Source: Candidatus Tenderia sp.
GTDB taxonomy: Bacteria > Pseudomonadota > Gammaproteobacteria > Tenderiales > Tenderiaceae
NCBI GenBank assembly: GCA_031416075.1
Contig: JANOSY010000056.1
Coordinates: 1 to 64,000, forward strand
Reading direction: 5' to 3'
Length of the DNA: 64,000 nucleotides
Made by a program: the position numbers and the translations under genes. Positions 20,905-31,475 of this stretch are shown here, in pieces. Numbering within the stretch: position 1 is the first letter of the stretch; each line of letters begins with the position of its first letter. The notes under the pieces were generated by a model that was given only the letters and a program-made list of their open reading frames with translations, was not told where the DNA came from and did no database searches.

Positions 20905-21750
20905 GTGATGAATGTTGTGAGTAATGTATTGAAAAAATCCGAAAAAATCAGATTACTAGCGCCGGCACTTTTGGCAGCCACACTGTTTGTATTTTGGTCT
21001 CCGGCGCAGGCGTTGCCATTTACAACTGATATCACGATTACCGGGATGTCAGATTTTAGTGATAACCACGCCTCCGAAGGTGGTTTTACCCAGCTGGGAA
21101 GTTATTCGGTAACGCAAGGGGGAGTGACGACAACCAATACAGTTAATGGTACGACAGTAACAGGCGGCCGTCCTCTGAATGCGGCGTTGACTCAGACAGG
21201 TGATGGTTTTGGGATCTCTGCTGATGTGAGTGGTACCAGCACTGGGGTAGGTAGTGAGTTCCCTATGAATATTGAATTCTCTATTTTTAACAGTGCAGTA
21301 TCAGCTATTTATCAATTGACGTTGCAGTTTGATTATAGCCATACCGTTAATGTTAATGGTGGTAATGCATATGCCTTCAGTGAGTTTTTATTGACTGATA
21401 CCACGAATAATCTGGATGTAATGATGCGTAACGTTCTGTCGGATACTTTTTTTGGGGATCATAAAAATGGCTCTAATCCTGGAACGTTTGGTGATGTGGT
21501 GGCGGATGGAGGAACACTATTTCTTGATCTGATTCTTAGACCTGGGGAGCTGATTGAGTTTTTTGCTCAGTATGATATGAGTCTGGGTGTTATTTCTGAC
21601 CCCAGCTCTGCTGTGGGGAGTTTTTCCGGATTTCTCAGTGTTGCCAATGTTGTGCAGGTTGAGACAGGTGCCATCCCTATACCAGCAACACTGTTTTTGT
21701 TGTTGATGGGTGGTTTGGGGTTGGTAGTCCGTCGTCCTGAACGGATCTGA
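20905..21750 (+). CDS. Exported protein with PEP-CTERM-like (IPIP) exosortase sorting signal
   Basis: Signal peptide ending AQA; C-terminus IPIPATLFLLLMGGLGLVVRR (motif, TM helix, basic tail). Confidence 0.8.
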   Translation: MMNVVSNVLKKSEKIRLLAPALLAATLFVFWSPAQALPFTTDITITGMSDFSDNHASEGGFTQLGSYSVTQGGVTTTNTVNGTTVTGGRPLNAALTQTGDGFGISADVSGTSTGVGSEFPMNIEFSIFNSAVSAIYQLTLQFDYSHTVNVNGGNAYAFSEFLLTDTTNNLDVMMRNVLSDTFFGDHKNGSNPGTFGDVVADGGTLFLDLILRPGELIEFFAQYDMSLGVISDPSSAVGSFSGFLSVANVVQVETGAIPIPATLFLLLMGGLGLVVRRPERI

Positions 21751-21770
21751 TCAGTTTTACTAGGGTGTTA

Positions 21771-21799
21771 TAAAAAGCTCGGCACTGCCGGGCTTTTTT
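21771..21799. terminator. Intrinsic terminator, potentially bidirectional
   Basis: AAAAAGCTCGGC-ACT-GCCGGGCTTTTTT. Confidence 0.8.
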
Positions 21800-21856
21800 G
21801 TATATAAAATATGCGCAGAGAAATATGGGCACGGTGTATTTAGGCGGAGTGATTTT

Positions 21857-23017
21857 ATGATTATCCCTGACTATCAAGCTGGAAGTATTGTTAATCTGAT
21901 GAGCAGTATCACTCAGTCGCGTGGGGGAGCTATCAATTCGCTCTATGCACCACTGCGAGGTCTGGATATGGCCCGTTTGTGTGCGGTGGATAATGTGGTG
22001 TTGCTGGTGATTGATGGTCTTGGATATGACTATCTGCTACAGCACCGGCAAAGTGTTTTATATAAACATCTGCATAGTTGTATTACCTCTGTCGCGCCAC
22101 CGACCACGGTCGCCTCTATTACCACCTTTTTGACGGGCATGGCACCACAGCAACATGGACTGACAGGATGGTTTACCTATTTTCGTGAGCTGGGCAGTGT
22201 GGTGACAGTATTGCCCTATACCCATCGTAATGGTGGAGCAACCTTGAGTACGCAGGGTATTGAGGCGCGGAAGTTTTTTGATCATACCTCGGTGTTTGAA
22301 CAGATGGCAGTGAAGTGTTACTCGGTAACACCCAGTTGGTTAAAAGCATCTGAGTACAACATCTCCCATACCGTTGGGGCGGAGATGGTTCCACATTCTG
22401 GTTATCAACACTGTTTTGATGAGATAGTACGATTGGTGCATTGTCATAAACAGCGTAAATATATTTATGCCTATTGGCCTGAATTTGACGGCTTGGCACA
22501 TGAGCACGGCGTGGGTAGTAATGAAGTGGCGCGACACTTTACTAAGCTTGATGCAGTATTTTCTAAATTATTAGATCAGCTGCATGGGAGTGGGACGACG
22601 CTGCTGGTGACGGCTGACCACGGTTTTGTGGATATACCACCGGAGCATCGACTGGACTTGGCTGATCATCCACAATTAAAAGAGTGTTTGTTGATGCCCC
22701 TGTGTGGTGAGCCACGTCTGGTTTATTGTTATGTGCGTTATGAAAAACGTCAGCAGTTTGAACGTTATGTGAGAGATATATTGATTGATGTGTGTGATCT
22801 GTATCGTAGTGCAGATCTGATTGCTCAAGGCATATTTGGTCTCGGGGTACCGCATGCAGAGCTGTTATCCCGAGTGGGGGATTATACATTGGTGATGAAA
22901 GATAACTACGTGTTGACAGGGCGTATTCCTGGCGAGTCACCACTGCGGATGGTAGGGTTTCATGGTGGCTTGTCAGCGGCAGAGGTTCATGTGCCACTGG
23001 TACTGGTGGAGTGCTGA
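21857..23017 (+). CDS. Alkaline-phosphatase superfamily protein (type I phosphodiesterase/nucleotide pyrophosphatase-like)
   Basis: LLVIDGLG, SVAPPTT...TG..P..HG, DGLAHEHG, VTADHG and GFHGGLS metal-binding motifs. Confidence 0.88.
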   Translation: MIIPDYQAGSIVNLMSSITQSRGGAINSLYAPLRGLDMARLCAVDNVVLLVIDGLGYDYLLQHRQSVLYKHLHSCITSVAPPTTVASITTFLTGMAPQQHGLTGWFTYFRELGSVVTVLPYTHRNGGATLSTQGIEARKFFDHTSVFEQMAVKCYSVTPSWLKASEYNISHTVGAEMVPHSGYQHCFDEIVRLVHCHKQRKYIYAYWPEFDGLAHEHGVGSNEVARHFTKLDAVFSKLLDQLHGSGTTLLVTADHGFVDIPPEHRLDLADHPQLKECLLMPLCGEPRLVYCYVRYEKRQQFERYVRDILIDVCDLYRSADLIAQGIFGLGVPHAELLSRVGDYTLVMKDNYVLTGRIPGESPLRMVGFHGGLSAAEVHVPLVLVEC

Positions 23018-23294
23018 TTAAGTTGCAGAAGTTCTTAAGCGACTTTTTATTATGTGTTTGTTAAATGCATATTAGGTTTGCGCGCTCTGGTGATGGCATG
23101 CAAAAACTATTTTGTAAAAGAATGTGCACTGTTTTTATAAAGTGTGCCTGTGTTAGGCCGATATTTTCTTGAAGTTGCATCTATGTGCTGAACTTTGTGC
23201 AGGTTTTCAGCGTTATCTAAGTGTTTCGTTGAGTTAGTGGCCTGCATGATGTGGTTGTGTGGCCGAGCGGAAAAATATTCGGGGGTCACCCACC

Positions 23295-24188
23295 ATGAGT
23301 TACACATTAAAGCCAGAGCGAAAACAGTTGTTTGCTATCAATTTCCGGCAGAGGCTTGAGTCGGCTATTGAGTTGCCGCCACTGCCGGAGGTGACACGTG
23401 AGTTGCTGTTATTAAGAAACAGTGATGTGGATATAAAACGATTGATTCATATTGTGGCGAAGGACGCCTCTATCGCTGCACAAATGCTCTCCTATGCAAG
23501 GCTCTCTATGTTTGGTTATGGCAATCGCATTCAAACACTTGATGATAGTGTCATGTTGGTATTGGGTTATGACAAAGCGTTGCATATGGCGATGGGCATT
23601 GCGGCAGGAAAGTCGTTACGCATGCAGGCAGATGGACCGTTGGGGCGTAAGGCATTCTGGCACCATTCGTTGCAGATGGCCATGTTGACACAGGCGTTGT
23701 GTATGACGTTGCCAGCGGCAAAACGCCCAGAACCAGGTGTCTGTTATCTTGCAGGTCTGTTGCATGATATTGGCTACATGCTGTTTGGCCATCTCTATCC
23801 GGCAGAGTTTTCCATGCTTAACCAGCTTGTCGCCCAATATCCCGAGAGGGACGTGCGTGAGCTGGAGATGTCCGGTTTTGGTGTGAGCCATGACATGATT
23901 GGTATGTGGTTGATGCGAGCCTGGAATATGCCTGAGAGTATTGTGGTGGCAGTAAGAGAGCACTGCTTCTTTGATTATGATGGTAAACATGCCATTTATT
24001 CCAAGCTGGTGGCGTTTGCTAACCAGATTCTGCGGGCAGAGTCTGGTGAGAGTGCGTTAGCGGGGAATGGTGAATTTATAGCTTGCGAAACATTGGGTTT
24101 AGACGCCCAGCAGGTCGAGCAGCTGCTTGAGCGCATGCGTGAGGCCTCTTCCCCCCTGGAAGCGATGGCTAGAGAACTGGCTGCCTGA
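23295..24188 (+). CDS. HDOD domain protein
   Basis: LPPLPEV, D.SIAAQML..A, FWHHSL, AGLLHDIG, H..IG.WL...WN.P. Confidence 0.9.
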   Translation: MSYTLKPERKQLFAINFRQRLESAIELPPLPEVTRELLLLRNSDVDIKRLIHIVAKDASIAAQMLSYARLSMFGYGNRIQTLDDSVMLVLGYDKALHMAMGIAAGKSLRMQADGPLGRKAFWHHSLQMAMLTQALCMTLPAAKRPEPGVCYLAGLLHDIGYMLFGHLYPAEFSMLNQLVAQYPERDVRELEMSGFGVSHDMIGMWLMRAWNMPESIVVAVREHCFFDYDGKHAIYSKLVAFANQILRAESGESALAGNGEFIACETLGLDAQQVEQLLERMREASSPLEAMARELAA

Positions 24189-24321
24189 TTAGCGTGTAGG
24201 CCACCGCCGGCCAGACGGTGAAGTGGCTATCTATTGTGCTGTTGTGCAGGCCATCTGCACACCGCGCCCCTTTCCGTTATAATTGTCCCCTGTCCTAATC
24301 ATTCCCAAATGAGATTTAACT

Positions 24322-25548
24322 ATGTCACAAACAGCTGTGAAAAAAGTGGTACTGGCCTATTCCGGTGGTCTTGACACCTCCATCATCGTTAAATGGTTGC
24401 AGGATGAGTATCAATGCGAGGTGGTTACCTTTACTGCGGATATCGGCCAGGGAGAGGAGGTTGAACCGGCCCGCGCCAAAGCTAAGGCGATGGGGATCAA
24501 AGAGATCTATATCGAAGATCTGCGTGAAGAGTTTGTCCGCGACTTTGTCTTTCCTATGTTTCGTGCCAACACCATTTATGAGGGTGAGTACCTGCTGGGT
24601 ACCTCCATCGCCCGCCCGCTGATTGCCAAGCGGTTGGTTGAAATTGCAACCGAGACCGGCGCTGATGCCATCTCTCATGGGGCCACCGGCAAGGGTAACG
24701 ATCAGGTCCGTTTTGAGCTGGGGGCCTATGCACTGAAACCCGGCGTCAAGGTCATTGCGCCATGGCGTGAATGGAATCTCACCTCGCGTGAGACATTGAT
24801 GGCCTACGCTAAAGAGCACAACATTCCTATCGATTTTGCCAAACAGGGCAAAAAGTCGCCCTATTCCATGGATGCCAACCTGCTGCACATCTCATACGAA
24901 GGGGATGTTCTGGAAGACCCCTGGCACGAGGCTGAGGATGACATGTGGCGCTGGTCCGTATCACCGGAGCTGGCTCCAGATCAGGCAACCTATATTGAAA
25001 TCAGTTATATCAATGGTGACCCGGTTGCCCTGGATGGCCAGACAATGAGCCCGGCGACCATGCTGGAGACGCTGAATAAGATTGGTGGTGCCAACGGTAT
25101 TGGCCGTCTTGATATTGTTGAAAATCGTTACGTTGGCATGAAGTCGCGAGGCGCTTACGAGACGCCGGGTGGCACTATTATGATACGCGCCCATCGTGCC
25201 ATTGAATCGATCACTCTCGACCGTGAAGTTTCTCATCTAAAAGATGAGTTGATGCCACGTTACGCCAGTCTGATCTATAACGGTTATTGGTGGAGCCCAG
25301 AGCGCAAGATGCTGCAAGCGATGATTGATGCCTCGCAGGCGAGCGTAAACGGTGTCGTCCGCTTGAAGTTATATAAAGGTAATGTGATTGTTGTTGGTCG
25401 TAAGTCTGACGACAGCCTGTTTGATGCCTCTATTGCGACTTTTGAAGATGATGCCGGGGCGTATAATCAGGCCGATGCAGCCGGTTTTATTAAACTCAAT
25501 GCATTGCGTATGCGTATCGCAGCCAACAAAGGGCGTAGCCTTAAATAA
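24322..25548 (+). CDS. argG: Argininosuccinate synthase
   Basis: [32 protein letters not shown] and [10 protein letters not shown] motifs. Confidence 0.98.
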   Translation: MSQTAVKKVVLAYSGGLDTSIIVKWLQDEYQCEVVTFTADIGQGEEVEPARAKAKAMGIKEIYIEDLREEFVRDFVFPMFRANTIYEGEYLLGTSIARPLIAKRLVEIATETGADAISHGATGKGNDQVRFELGAYALKPGVKVIAPWREWNLTSRETLMAYAKEHNIPIDFAKQGKKSPYSMDANLLHISYEGDVLEDPWHEAEDDMWRWSVSPELAPDQATYIEISYINGDPVALDGQTMSPATMLETLNKIGGANGIGRLDIVENRYVGMKSRGAYETPGGTIMIRAHRAIESITLDREVSHLKDELMPRYASLIYNGYWWSPERKMLQAMIDASQASVNGVVRLKLYKGNVIVVGRKSDDSLFDASIATFEDDAGAYNQADAAGFIKLNALRMRIAANKGRSLK

Positions 25549-25601
25549 AAAACAGTGCTGCCGAATGGTTGCATCGATGAAAAAATCAGGAGTGATTTAA
25601 T

Positions 25602-25910
25602 ATGGAATATACAAACGCCAGTGTTAAACAGAAGGCCAACATCTATCATGATGGCAAGGTGACCAGTCGTAGTGTGGTGACCGCTGAAGGTGAGATGAAG
25701 ACGTTGGGAATCATGTTGCCAGGACTCTACCGTTTCTCCACTCAGGCGGCAGAGGTGATGGAGGTGACTCAGGGGAGCTGCCGTGTCAAATTGGCCGACG
25801 AGCAGGAGTGGGTCAACTTCCAGGCTGGGCAGAGTTTTAATGTGGCAGCCAACTCACACTTTGATATTGAAGTGGATGACATCCTTGATTACATCTGCCA
25901 CTTTGCCTGA
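25602..25910 (+). CDS. ppnP: Pyrimidine/purine nucleoside phosphorylase (DUF1255/YaiE)
   Basis: ANIYHDGKVTSRS...KTLGIMLPG.Y.FST.AAE.ME...F.V.ANS.F...DYIC; follows argG. Confidence 0.9.
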   Translation: MEYTNASVKQKANIYHDGKVTSRSVVTAEGEMKTLGIMLPGLYRFSTQAAEVMEVTQGSCRVKLADEQEWVNFQAGQSFNVAANSHFDIEVDDILDYICHFA

Positions 25911-25936
25911 TTAGGGTAGTACCGTTTTAAATCTAT

Positions 25937-25960
25937 AAATCCCCCGTTATGGGGGATTTT
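25937..25960 (+). terminator. Intrinsic terminator-like hairpin between ppnP and gloA
   Basis: AAATCCCCC-GTTAT-GGGGGATTTT. Confidence 0.7.
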
Positions 25961-25977
25961 CTTTTGAGGAAAAAATA

Positions 25978-26361
25978 GTGCGATTACTACATACAATGTT
26001 GCGTGTTGGCGATCTTGACCGCTCGATAAAATTTTACACAGAGGTGTTGGGTATGCGGTTATTACGCCAGCGCGACTGCCCCGATGGGAGTTTTACCCTG
26101 GCGTTTGTTGGCTACGGTGATGAGACGGACACTGCGGTGATTGAGCTTACCTATAACTGGGGGGTTGATAGTTATGAAATAGGCACCGGTTACGGCCACA
26201 TTGCCATCGGCGTTGATGGTATTTACGAGGTGTGTGATGCGATTAAAAAATGTGGTGGCAAGGTTGTACGTGAACCAGGCCCGATGAAAAACAGCACCAC
26301 TGTGCTGGCTTTTATTGAGGATCCGGATGGCTACAAAATCGAATTAATAGAGGGGCGTTGA
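25978..26361 (+). CDS. gloA: Lactoylglutathione lyase (glyoxalase I)
   Basis: [29 protein letters not shown] and [11 protein letters not shown] motifs. Confidence 0.96.
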   Translation: MRLLHTMLRVGDLDRSIKFYTEVLGMRLLRQRDCPDGSFTLAFVGYGDETDTAVIELTYNWGVDSYEIGTGYGHIAIGVDGIYEVCDAIKKCGGKVVREPGPMKNSTTVLAFIEDPDGYKIELIEGR

Positions 26362-26407
26362 CGCTGGCTAATGGCTTTATGATTTTGTCCGATGATTAGG
26401 GGTGTAG

Positions 26408-26830
26408 ATGAAGGAACACTCCATGCCATATATTGAATTTAATAACAGCCTGCGGGTTGGCAACAGGCTCATGGATCAGGAGCATGAGATGCTTGTTGGG
26501 TATATCAACCAGTTGCAAAAAGTGGTTGAGGAGGATGCTGACAGCAATGTTATTAAACAGGTTATACGGGGTCTGGTTGAGTATAGCCGTACCCATTTTT
26601 TTGTTGAAGAAGAGTTAATGAGGGCGTACGGCTATCCAGACAGTGAGTTTCATCTTCGTGCACATGAAGGATTTCGTGCCAATGCCAGTGCATTAGTGCG
26701 TGACATGGATATGGGGAATGAGATTGATCTGGGGCAGATGTTGGGATTTTTAACCGAATGGTTAACCGATCATATTCTAAACACGGATGTTCAATTGGCG
26801 GATTTCCTCAGAGATCAGACGCTGGTTTAA
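26408..26830 (+). CDS. Bacteriohemerythrin (single domain)
   Basis: Complete di-iron ligand set: DQEH, HFFVEE, HLRAH and WLTDHILNTD. Confidence 0.92.
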   Translation: MKEHSMPYIEFNNSLRVGNRLMDQEHEMLVGYINQLQKVVEEDADSNVIKQVIRGLVEYSRTHFFVEEELMRAYGYPDSEFHLRAHEGFRANASALVRDMDMGNEIDLGQMLGFLTEWLTDHILNTDVQLADFLRDQTLV

Positions 26831-27231
26831 CCGCTGGTCTTGGTGAGCAGGGTCTGCATGATTGCCAACAGCTCGTTGGATTTATAAGGCTTATGTAAAA
26901 AACCACCCAGCCCCAGTGCTTGGGCGCGTGCTTTATCAATGGCATCGCTATAGCCGGTGCAGAGCAGGAAGGGTAGTGTGGGGCGTAAAATAAACATCTG
27001 TGCGGCCATCTCTGTGCCGGTCATGCCAGGCATTGTTTGATCTGAAATGACTAGGTCGACTGTTTCAAACGCATTTTCAAAATGGTGTAATGCGGTGGCA
27101 GGGTTGTTAAATGTGGTGACCTGATAGCCGCGACTGCCGAGCAGTGCTGCAAGAAACAGCGTGATTGACTCTTCATCATCAACAACCATGATGTTGGCGG
27201 GGTGTTGTTGCTGTTGTGAAAAATTATCCAT
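26827..27231 (-). CDS. Single-domain response regulator
   Basis: IMVVDDE, DLVISDQTMPGMTG, CTGYS and KP motifs. Confidence 0.92.
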   Translation of the reverse strand: MDNFSQQQQHPANIMVVDDEESITLFLAALLGSRGYQVTTFNNPATALHHFENAFETVDLVISDQTMPGMTGTEMAAQMFILRPTLPFLLCTGYSDAIDKARAQALGLGGFLHKPYKSNELLAIMQTLLTKTSG

Positions 27232-27254
27232 GACGCTCTTTTATCTCCAGGCAT

Positions 27255-29954
27255 TTAGGTGCAGAGTGATTCATGTTCGTTAAACAGTAGCCGGAATTGA
27301 CTGCCGGTTTCAGGTGAGCTGGATAGCATAATGTGCCCCCGCGCCTCGTGCATAATGCCATGGACCATGGCTAGCCCCATACCGGTCCCTTTGCCAATCG
27401 GTTTGGTGGTGAAGAAGGGTTCGAATATGCGCTGTTGTGTGGTGGCATCCATGCCGGGGCCACTGTCGCTGATACATAACTCCACATGGTTGCCGGAGAA
27501 CCCCTGATGACAGGAGCTGCATATGGCATTTTCCAGGGTGATTTTTTTCACGGAGATAGTGAGTGACCCAGTGCCATTCATGGCATCACGTGCGTTAATG
27601 CAGAGATTGAGCACGATCTGTTGCAAGCCAATGGTATCGAGCAATACTGTTGGTGTATCGGGATCAAGCACGGTCTCCATGGCGATGCTTGATGGTAATA
27701 CAGGTCGTAACAGTTTGAGCATCTCAGGAATGGCGTTGGAGAGCAGCACAGGTTCAGGCATGTTGGCGTCGCGGCCACGGCTAAATGCCAGCATCTTGGC
27801 GACCAGATCACGCGCTCGTTCACCAGCACGATAGATCTGTGCCAAGTGGCTGCTGAGTGTGGCGTACCCCTGTGCCTGAGCGATCTCTTGTGATAGTTCA
27901 GTAAACCCCAGAATGCCTGATAGCATGTTATTAAAATCGTGGGCAACACCGCCTGTGAGTTGGCCAATGGCCTCCATCTTCTGTGCCTGTGCAAGTTGCC
28001 GCTGAAGTCGTTGTCGTTCGAGCTCTGCAGTTTTACGCTCGGTGATGTCGCGCACTACGCCGATAAAGACGGGACGTCCAGCACGGCTGATTTGCGATAC
28101 TTGTAACTCCATTAAAAAAGTTGCCCCATCTTTACGCCGTCCTGTTACTTCCCGACTCATGCCAATAACATGTTTCTCTCCGGTAGTGAGATAGTGATGT
28201 AAATAGTGATCATGTTGGTTGTGATGGGGTTCTGGCATTAACATGTTGATGTTGTTGCTGATAACTTCGGCGGCGGTGTATGCAAAAATTGATTCTGCTG
28301 CATGGTTGAATGCAGTCACAATACCGTGTTCGTTAATAGTGATAATACCTTCAATCAAATTGTCGAGGATAGCCTGGGTATGTCGGGCCTGTTCTTCACG
28401 GCTGCGCTCAGCGGCAGCCCTTTCCATTTCGGCACTCAGGCGGGTGGCAAATATTTTCATGATAGTAATACTGCGCTTCTCATCTTCAATGGGCTTCCGG
28501 AAGAGAATCGTCATGTGGCCAATAATACGTCCCTTGTCATTAAGAAATGGAATGACCAGAAGTGACTCAATGCCTAGCAGGAGAGGACAATCGGGGTAAT
28601 GTATGTATGCCTGCTCGGTGATACATAAATGTTCTCCTGGATTGATAAGAGAACAGGGTGTTTCATCAATGTTGCACTCAAAATTGTCATGGAACTCACC
28701 ATTGCTCCATACGGCAAGTGTCCGGGATCGGCGTAATATCGGATCGGTAATCTCTGTGACTATCACAGTGTCCGCTTCCAAAGCCGTTGCAGCGGTCATT
28801 GCACTCACTCTGAACACCTCATCGGCAGAGTTTGCGGTTGTTCCAAGAAAAATCGCCTGCAGGGTGTTTTTTTCCCGCTCCATATCGATCATTGCGGTTC
28901 TTAGTATCTGTTCATCCCGTTTACGCTCGCTGATGTCCTGGACAAGAGTTAAATAGAGTGTCTCATCCTGCCCTGTTATTTCAGTGATTTTAAACTCAGC
29001 GGGGAAAAGTTGCTCACCACGACGGACAGCATGAGTGGTAATAGCCCCCTGATTGATGACACGATCCCGATGCTCAGCAGAGCCCATCCAGCTTTGATGT
29101 TGGGTGCGCTGTTTTGGCGGCATTAGTATGTTGACGTTACGTCCTTTCAGTTCATGTTCTTCATAACCAAAAATAGCGCAGGCCGCTGCATTTACTGACT
29201 CAATAGTACCGTTGGCCCACACGGTAATGATGCCGTCTGGGATGTGTGATACTACAGCGAGCAGTCGCTGTTTACTTTGCAGTAGTTTGTTTGTCATGGT
29301 TTGAAGCTGGGTCCGCATAGTCTCCAGAGCAGCGGCTAACAAACCTATTTCATCGTGACCACGTTGTATAATCGGTTCATTGAAGTTGCTTTGTGCCAAT
29401 ATTTTTGCGGCGGATGCCATCTCTTCCAGCGGGCGTCGTATTAACCAGTCCTGCAGTATAAAATTCAGTGTTAATCCCGTAGCAATGAACGCAAAAACTA
29501 TCAGGCTGATCAGGTTTATCTTTGAAAGCTCGGCCTTTAATTGTGTGCGTGGATCAAACTGTAGTGTGATTTGTGCCAGTGGTGCGCCACCAAAATCGAT
29601 GGGTGCCGAGATGTTCATCATATTAGACGAATCACTTTTATGGGTGACTATCAACGGGTAGATCTGTTTTTTATCCGGGTTGTGGAGTTGAAGTCTCGTC
29701 CAAGTTGAATCGGTAGCGATGACAGCATCTAATGTTTTGTAAATTTGACTAAAGTCATCAGAGAGCAGTGGTTCGACCAGTGCAAGGCTGAGTATGTGCA
29801 GCTTAATCTGTTGCTCCTGCTGTATGTTAGTGATGGTGTTGTTGGTTTGCCACGGTACCCATAACCATTGAGTCAGGGCGAGCAACAGACCTAATACTAC
29901 CAATCCAGGTAGCAGTAGTTTAGTGCGAATGGTAGTGAATCGGTTAATCTTCAT
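27255..29954 (-). CDS. Membrane sensor histidine kinase (HAMP-PAS-GAF-like-PAS-HisKA-HATPase)
   Basis: Two TMs, HAMP (DEIGLLA), two PAS domains, H-box GGVAHDFNN, NLCINARDAM, DSGPGM, FEPFFTTK and GTGMGL. Confidence 0.93.
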   Translation of the reverse strand: MKINRFTTIRTKLLLPGLVVLGLLLALTQWLWVPWQTNNTITNIQQEQQIKLHILSLALVEPLLSDDFSQIYKTLDAVIATDSTWTRLQLHNPDKKQIYPLIVTHKSDSSNMMNISAPIDFGGAPLAQITLQFDPRTQLKAELSKINLISLIVFAFIATGLTLNFILQDWLIRRPLEEMASAAKILAQSNFNEPIIQRGHDEIGLLAAALETMRTQLQTMTNKLLQSKQRLLAVVSHIPDGIITVWANGTIESVNAAACAIFGYEEHELKGRNVNILMPPKQRTQHQSWMGSAEHRDRVINQGAITTHAVRRGEQLFPAEFKITEITGQDETLYLTLVQDISERKRDEQILRTAMIDMEREKNTLQAIFLGTTANSADEVFRVSAMTAATALEADTVIVTEITDPILRRSRTLAVWSNGEFHDNFECNIDETPCSLINPGEHLCITEQAYIHYPDCPLLLGIESLLVIPFLNDKGRIIGHMTILFRKPIEDEKRSITIMKIFATRLSAEMERAAAERSREEQARHTQAILDNLIEGIITINEHGIVTAFNHAAESIFAYTAAEVISNNINMLMPEPHHNQHDHYLHHYLTTGEKHVIGMSREVTGRRKDGATFLMELQVSQISRAGRPVFIGVVRDITERKTAELERQRLQRQLAQAQKMEAIGQLTGGVAHDFNNMLSGILGFTELSQEIAQAQGYATLSSHLAQIYRAGERARDLVAKMLAFSRGRDANMPEPVLLSNAIPEMLKLLRPVLPSSIAMETVLDPDTPTVLLDTIGLQQIVLNLCINARDAMNGTGSLTISVKKITLENAICSSCHQGFSGNHVELCISDSGPGMDATTQQRIFEPFFTTKPIGKGTGMGLAMVHGIMHEARGHIMLSSSPETGSQFRLLFNEHESLCT

Positions 29955-30780
29955 AAAACTCGTCCAGCCGCATTTTTTTCATAGGTTCATAATCTTTCAG
30001 CTGGGCGATAGCGATGTTTTTGATGGGGATTTGGCTCAGCATCTTCTGTCCGGATTTTGTTTTTCCTAGTGATAACATCGCTTGCTGTATTGCATCTCTG
30101 ATGGATTGAGGGACTCGTGGATGTGCTGTCAGTGGATGCGGGGCAACAGCGATGGTGGTATGAAGAATACGGAGTTGATCTTGTATCGTTGCGGACTGAT
30201 GGGCGAGTGTACTGGCAACGCCTCCGCCTGCTGCGGTATTGCCTAGAGCTACATTAAGATAAACCGAGTCGTGACTGTTCACGTATCGCGGTTTAAAGGG
30301 TATTTTTTCCTCGCGTGTCAGCATTGCACGTATCATTAATGAGGCCCCTAATGCATTGGGTGAAGGGAAGGCGATGCTTTGATCACGCAGGTCTTCAATT
30401 TTCATATAGGGGCTGTCTTTTCGTACAACTAAAATACCGCGCAGATCTGTTGCAATATCGCGCACCAGAGGGATGTATTCATTAGGTGCAGTGGTTTTAA
30501 GAAGTTGGTAGGGATTGACATAAGCAAAGTCAAATTCGCCGGCGAGTAACTGATTCTCAAATACGGGAATGGTCTGACTGCCGCGTAGCACAAAACTGTG
30601 CCCGGTACGTTGTTGTAACTCTTTTAAAATAGGACGCCAGATCTGCTGTGTGGTGCGGGCATCAAATTGCGGTACAACACCTATGGTGAAACTATCGGCT
30701 TGGCAGATGTTCGCCATCATCAGGGCAATGATAGTGAACCAATGGCAACTTTTTTTTCTATCGGTTACCTGAGCGGCCAT
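29944..30780 (-). CDS. PhnD-like phosphate/phosphite/phosphonate substrate-binding protein
   Basis: Signal peptide; GVVPQ, DFAYVNPY, IAFPSPNALGAS, SHDSVY..V..G...AGGG and PHP motifs. Overlaps the kinase start. Confidence 0.88.
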   Translation of the reverse strand: MAAQVTDRKKSCHWFTIIALMMANICQADSFTIGVVPQFDARTTQQIWRPILKELQQRTGHSFVLRGSQTIPVFENQLLAGEFDFAYVNPYQLLKTTAPNEYIPLVRDIATDLRGILVVRKDSPYMKIEDLRDQSIAFPSPNALGASLMIRAMLTREEKIPFKPRYVNSHDSVYLNVALGNTAAGGGVASTLAHQSATIQDQLRILHTTIAVAPHPLTAHPRVPQSIRDAIQQAMLSLGKTKSGQKMLSQIPIKNIAIAQLKDYEPMKKMRLDEFYED

Positions 30781-30816
30781 ATAAATTCCTTTTGGAGTTG
30801 GTGGTAAATATCAGGA

Positions 30817-31203
30817 TCACCCGGCAATCGTTGAAATTGCGGCACATAGCTCCTCACGTTTGAAGGGTTTTCTTAGAATATTTCCCGCTCCAATCAGTGT
30901 GGCCAGTGGCAGATAATCAAAACGACCATTGAGGCCACCACCACCAGACATCGCCACAATTTTTGCGTTGGGGGCGAGTTGGCGGATTTCTAGAATAAGG
31001 TCGATGCCGTTTTTTTCTGGCATGACTAGGTCAGTGATGACCAGGTCGATCTGTTCGCGACGCAGTATCGTTAACGCAGCATTGCCATTTTCGGCAGTCA
31101 GCAGCTCATGTTCTGGTGACTCCAGCATGGCGCTTACCAGCAGCCGCATGTGGGGTTCATCGTCGACAACTAAAATTTTTATCAGAGTGATCTCCTTGTC
31201 CAT
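30817..31203 (-). CDS. Single-domain response regulator
   Basis: ILVVDDE, DLVITDLVMPEKNG, AMSGGG and KPF motifs. The start is uncertain: ATG 31203, or CTG 31185 after AAGGAG. Confidence 0.9.
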   Translation of the reverse strand: MDKEITLIKILVVDDEPHMRLLVSAMLESPEHELLTAENGNAALTILRREQIDLVITDLVMPEKNGIDLILEIRQLAPNAKIVAMSGGGGLNGRFDYLPLATLIGAGNILRKPFKREELCAAISTIAG

Positions 31204-31425
31204 AGGCCTATGGCAGTTGTGGTTGCTGCGGCGCGGCAACCTGTCTATGAGTACGGTTTATAACAGTAGAAAAAACTCTAATCATCTACGCCAGCGCTGT
31301 TTGGTAGCGGTGTGCTTTTCAGATTAGCGACAGTTAGGCGGGGAACTTGATTGCCAGGATAGTCAAGGTGGAGGGAGAGGATTGTGCTGTTTGAGTAAAA
31401 CTAAATGTTAAAGTGAAGTTAATGA

Positions 31426-31450
31426 AAAGGGGACTGATGATCTGTCCCCG
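31426..31450 (-). terminator. Intrinsic terminator after the phoX-like gene
   Basis: Minus strand reads GGGGAC-AGATCATCA-GTCCCC-TTTT. Confidence 0.6.
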
Positions 31451-31475
31451 GGTTCTTTATATAGTGTTGTCGCTG

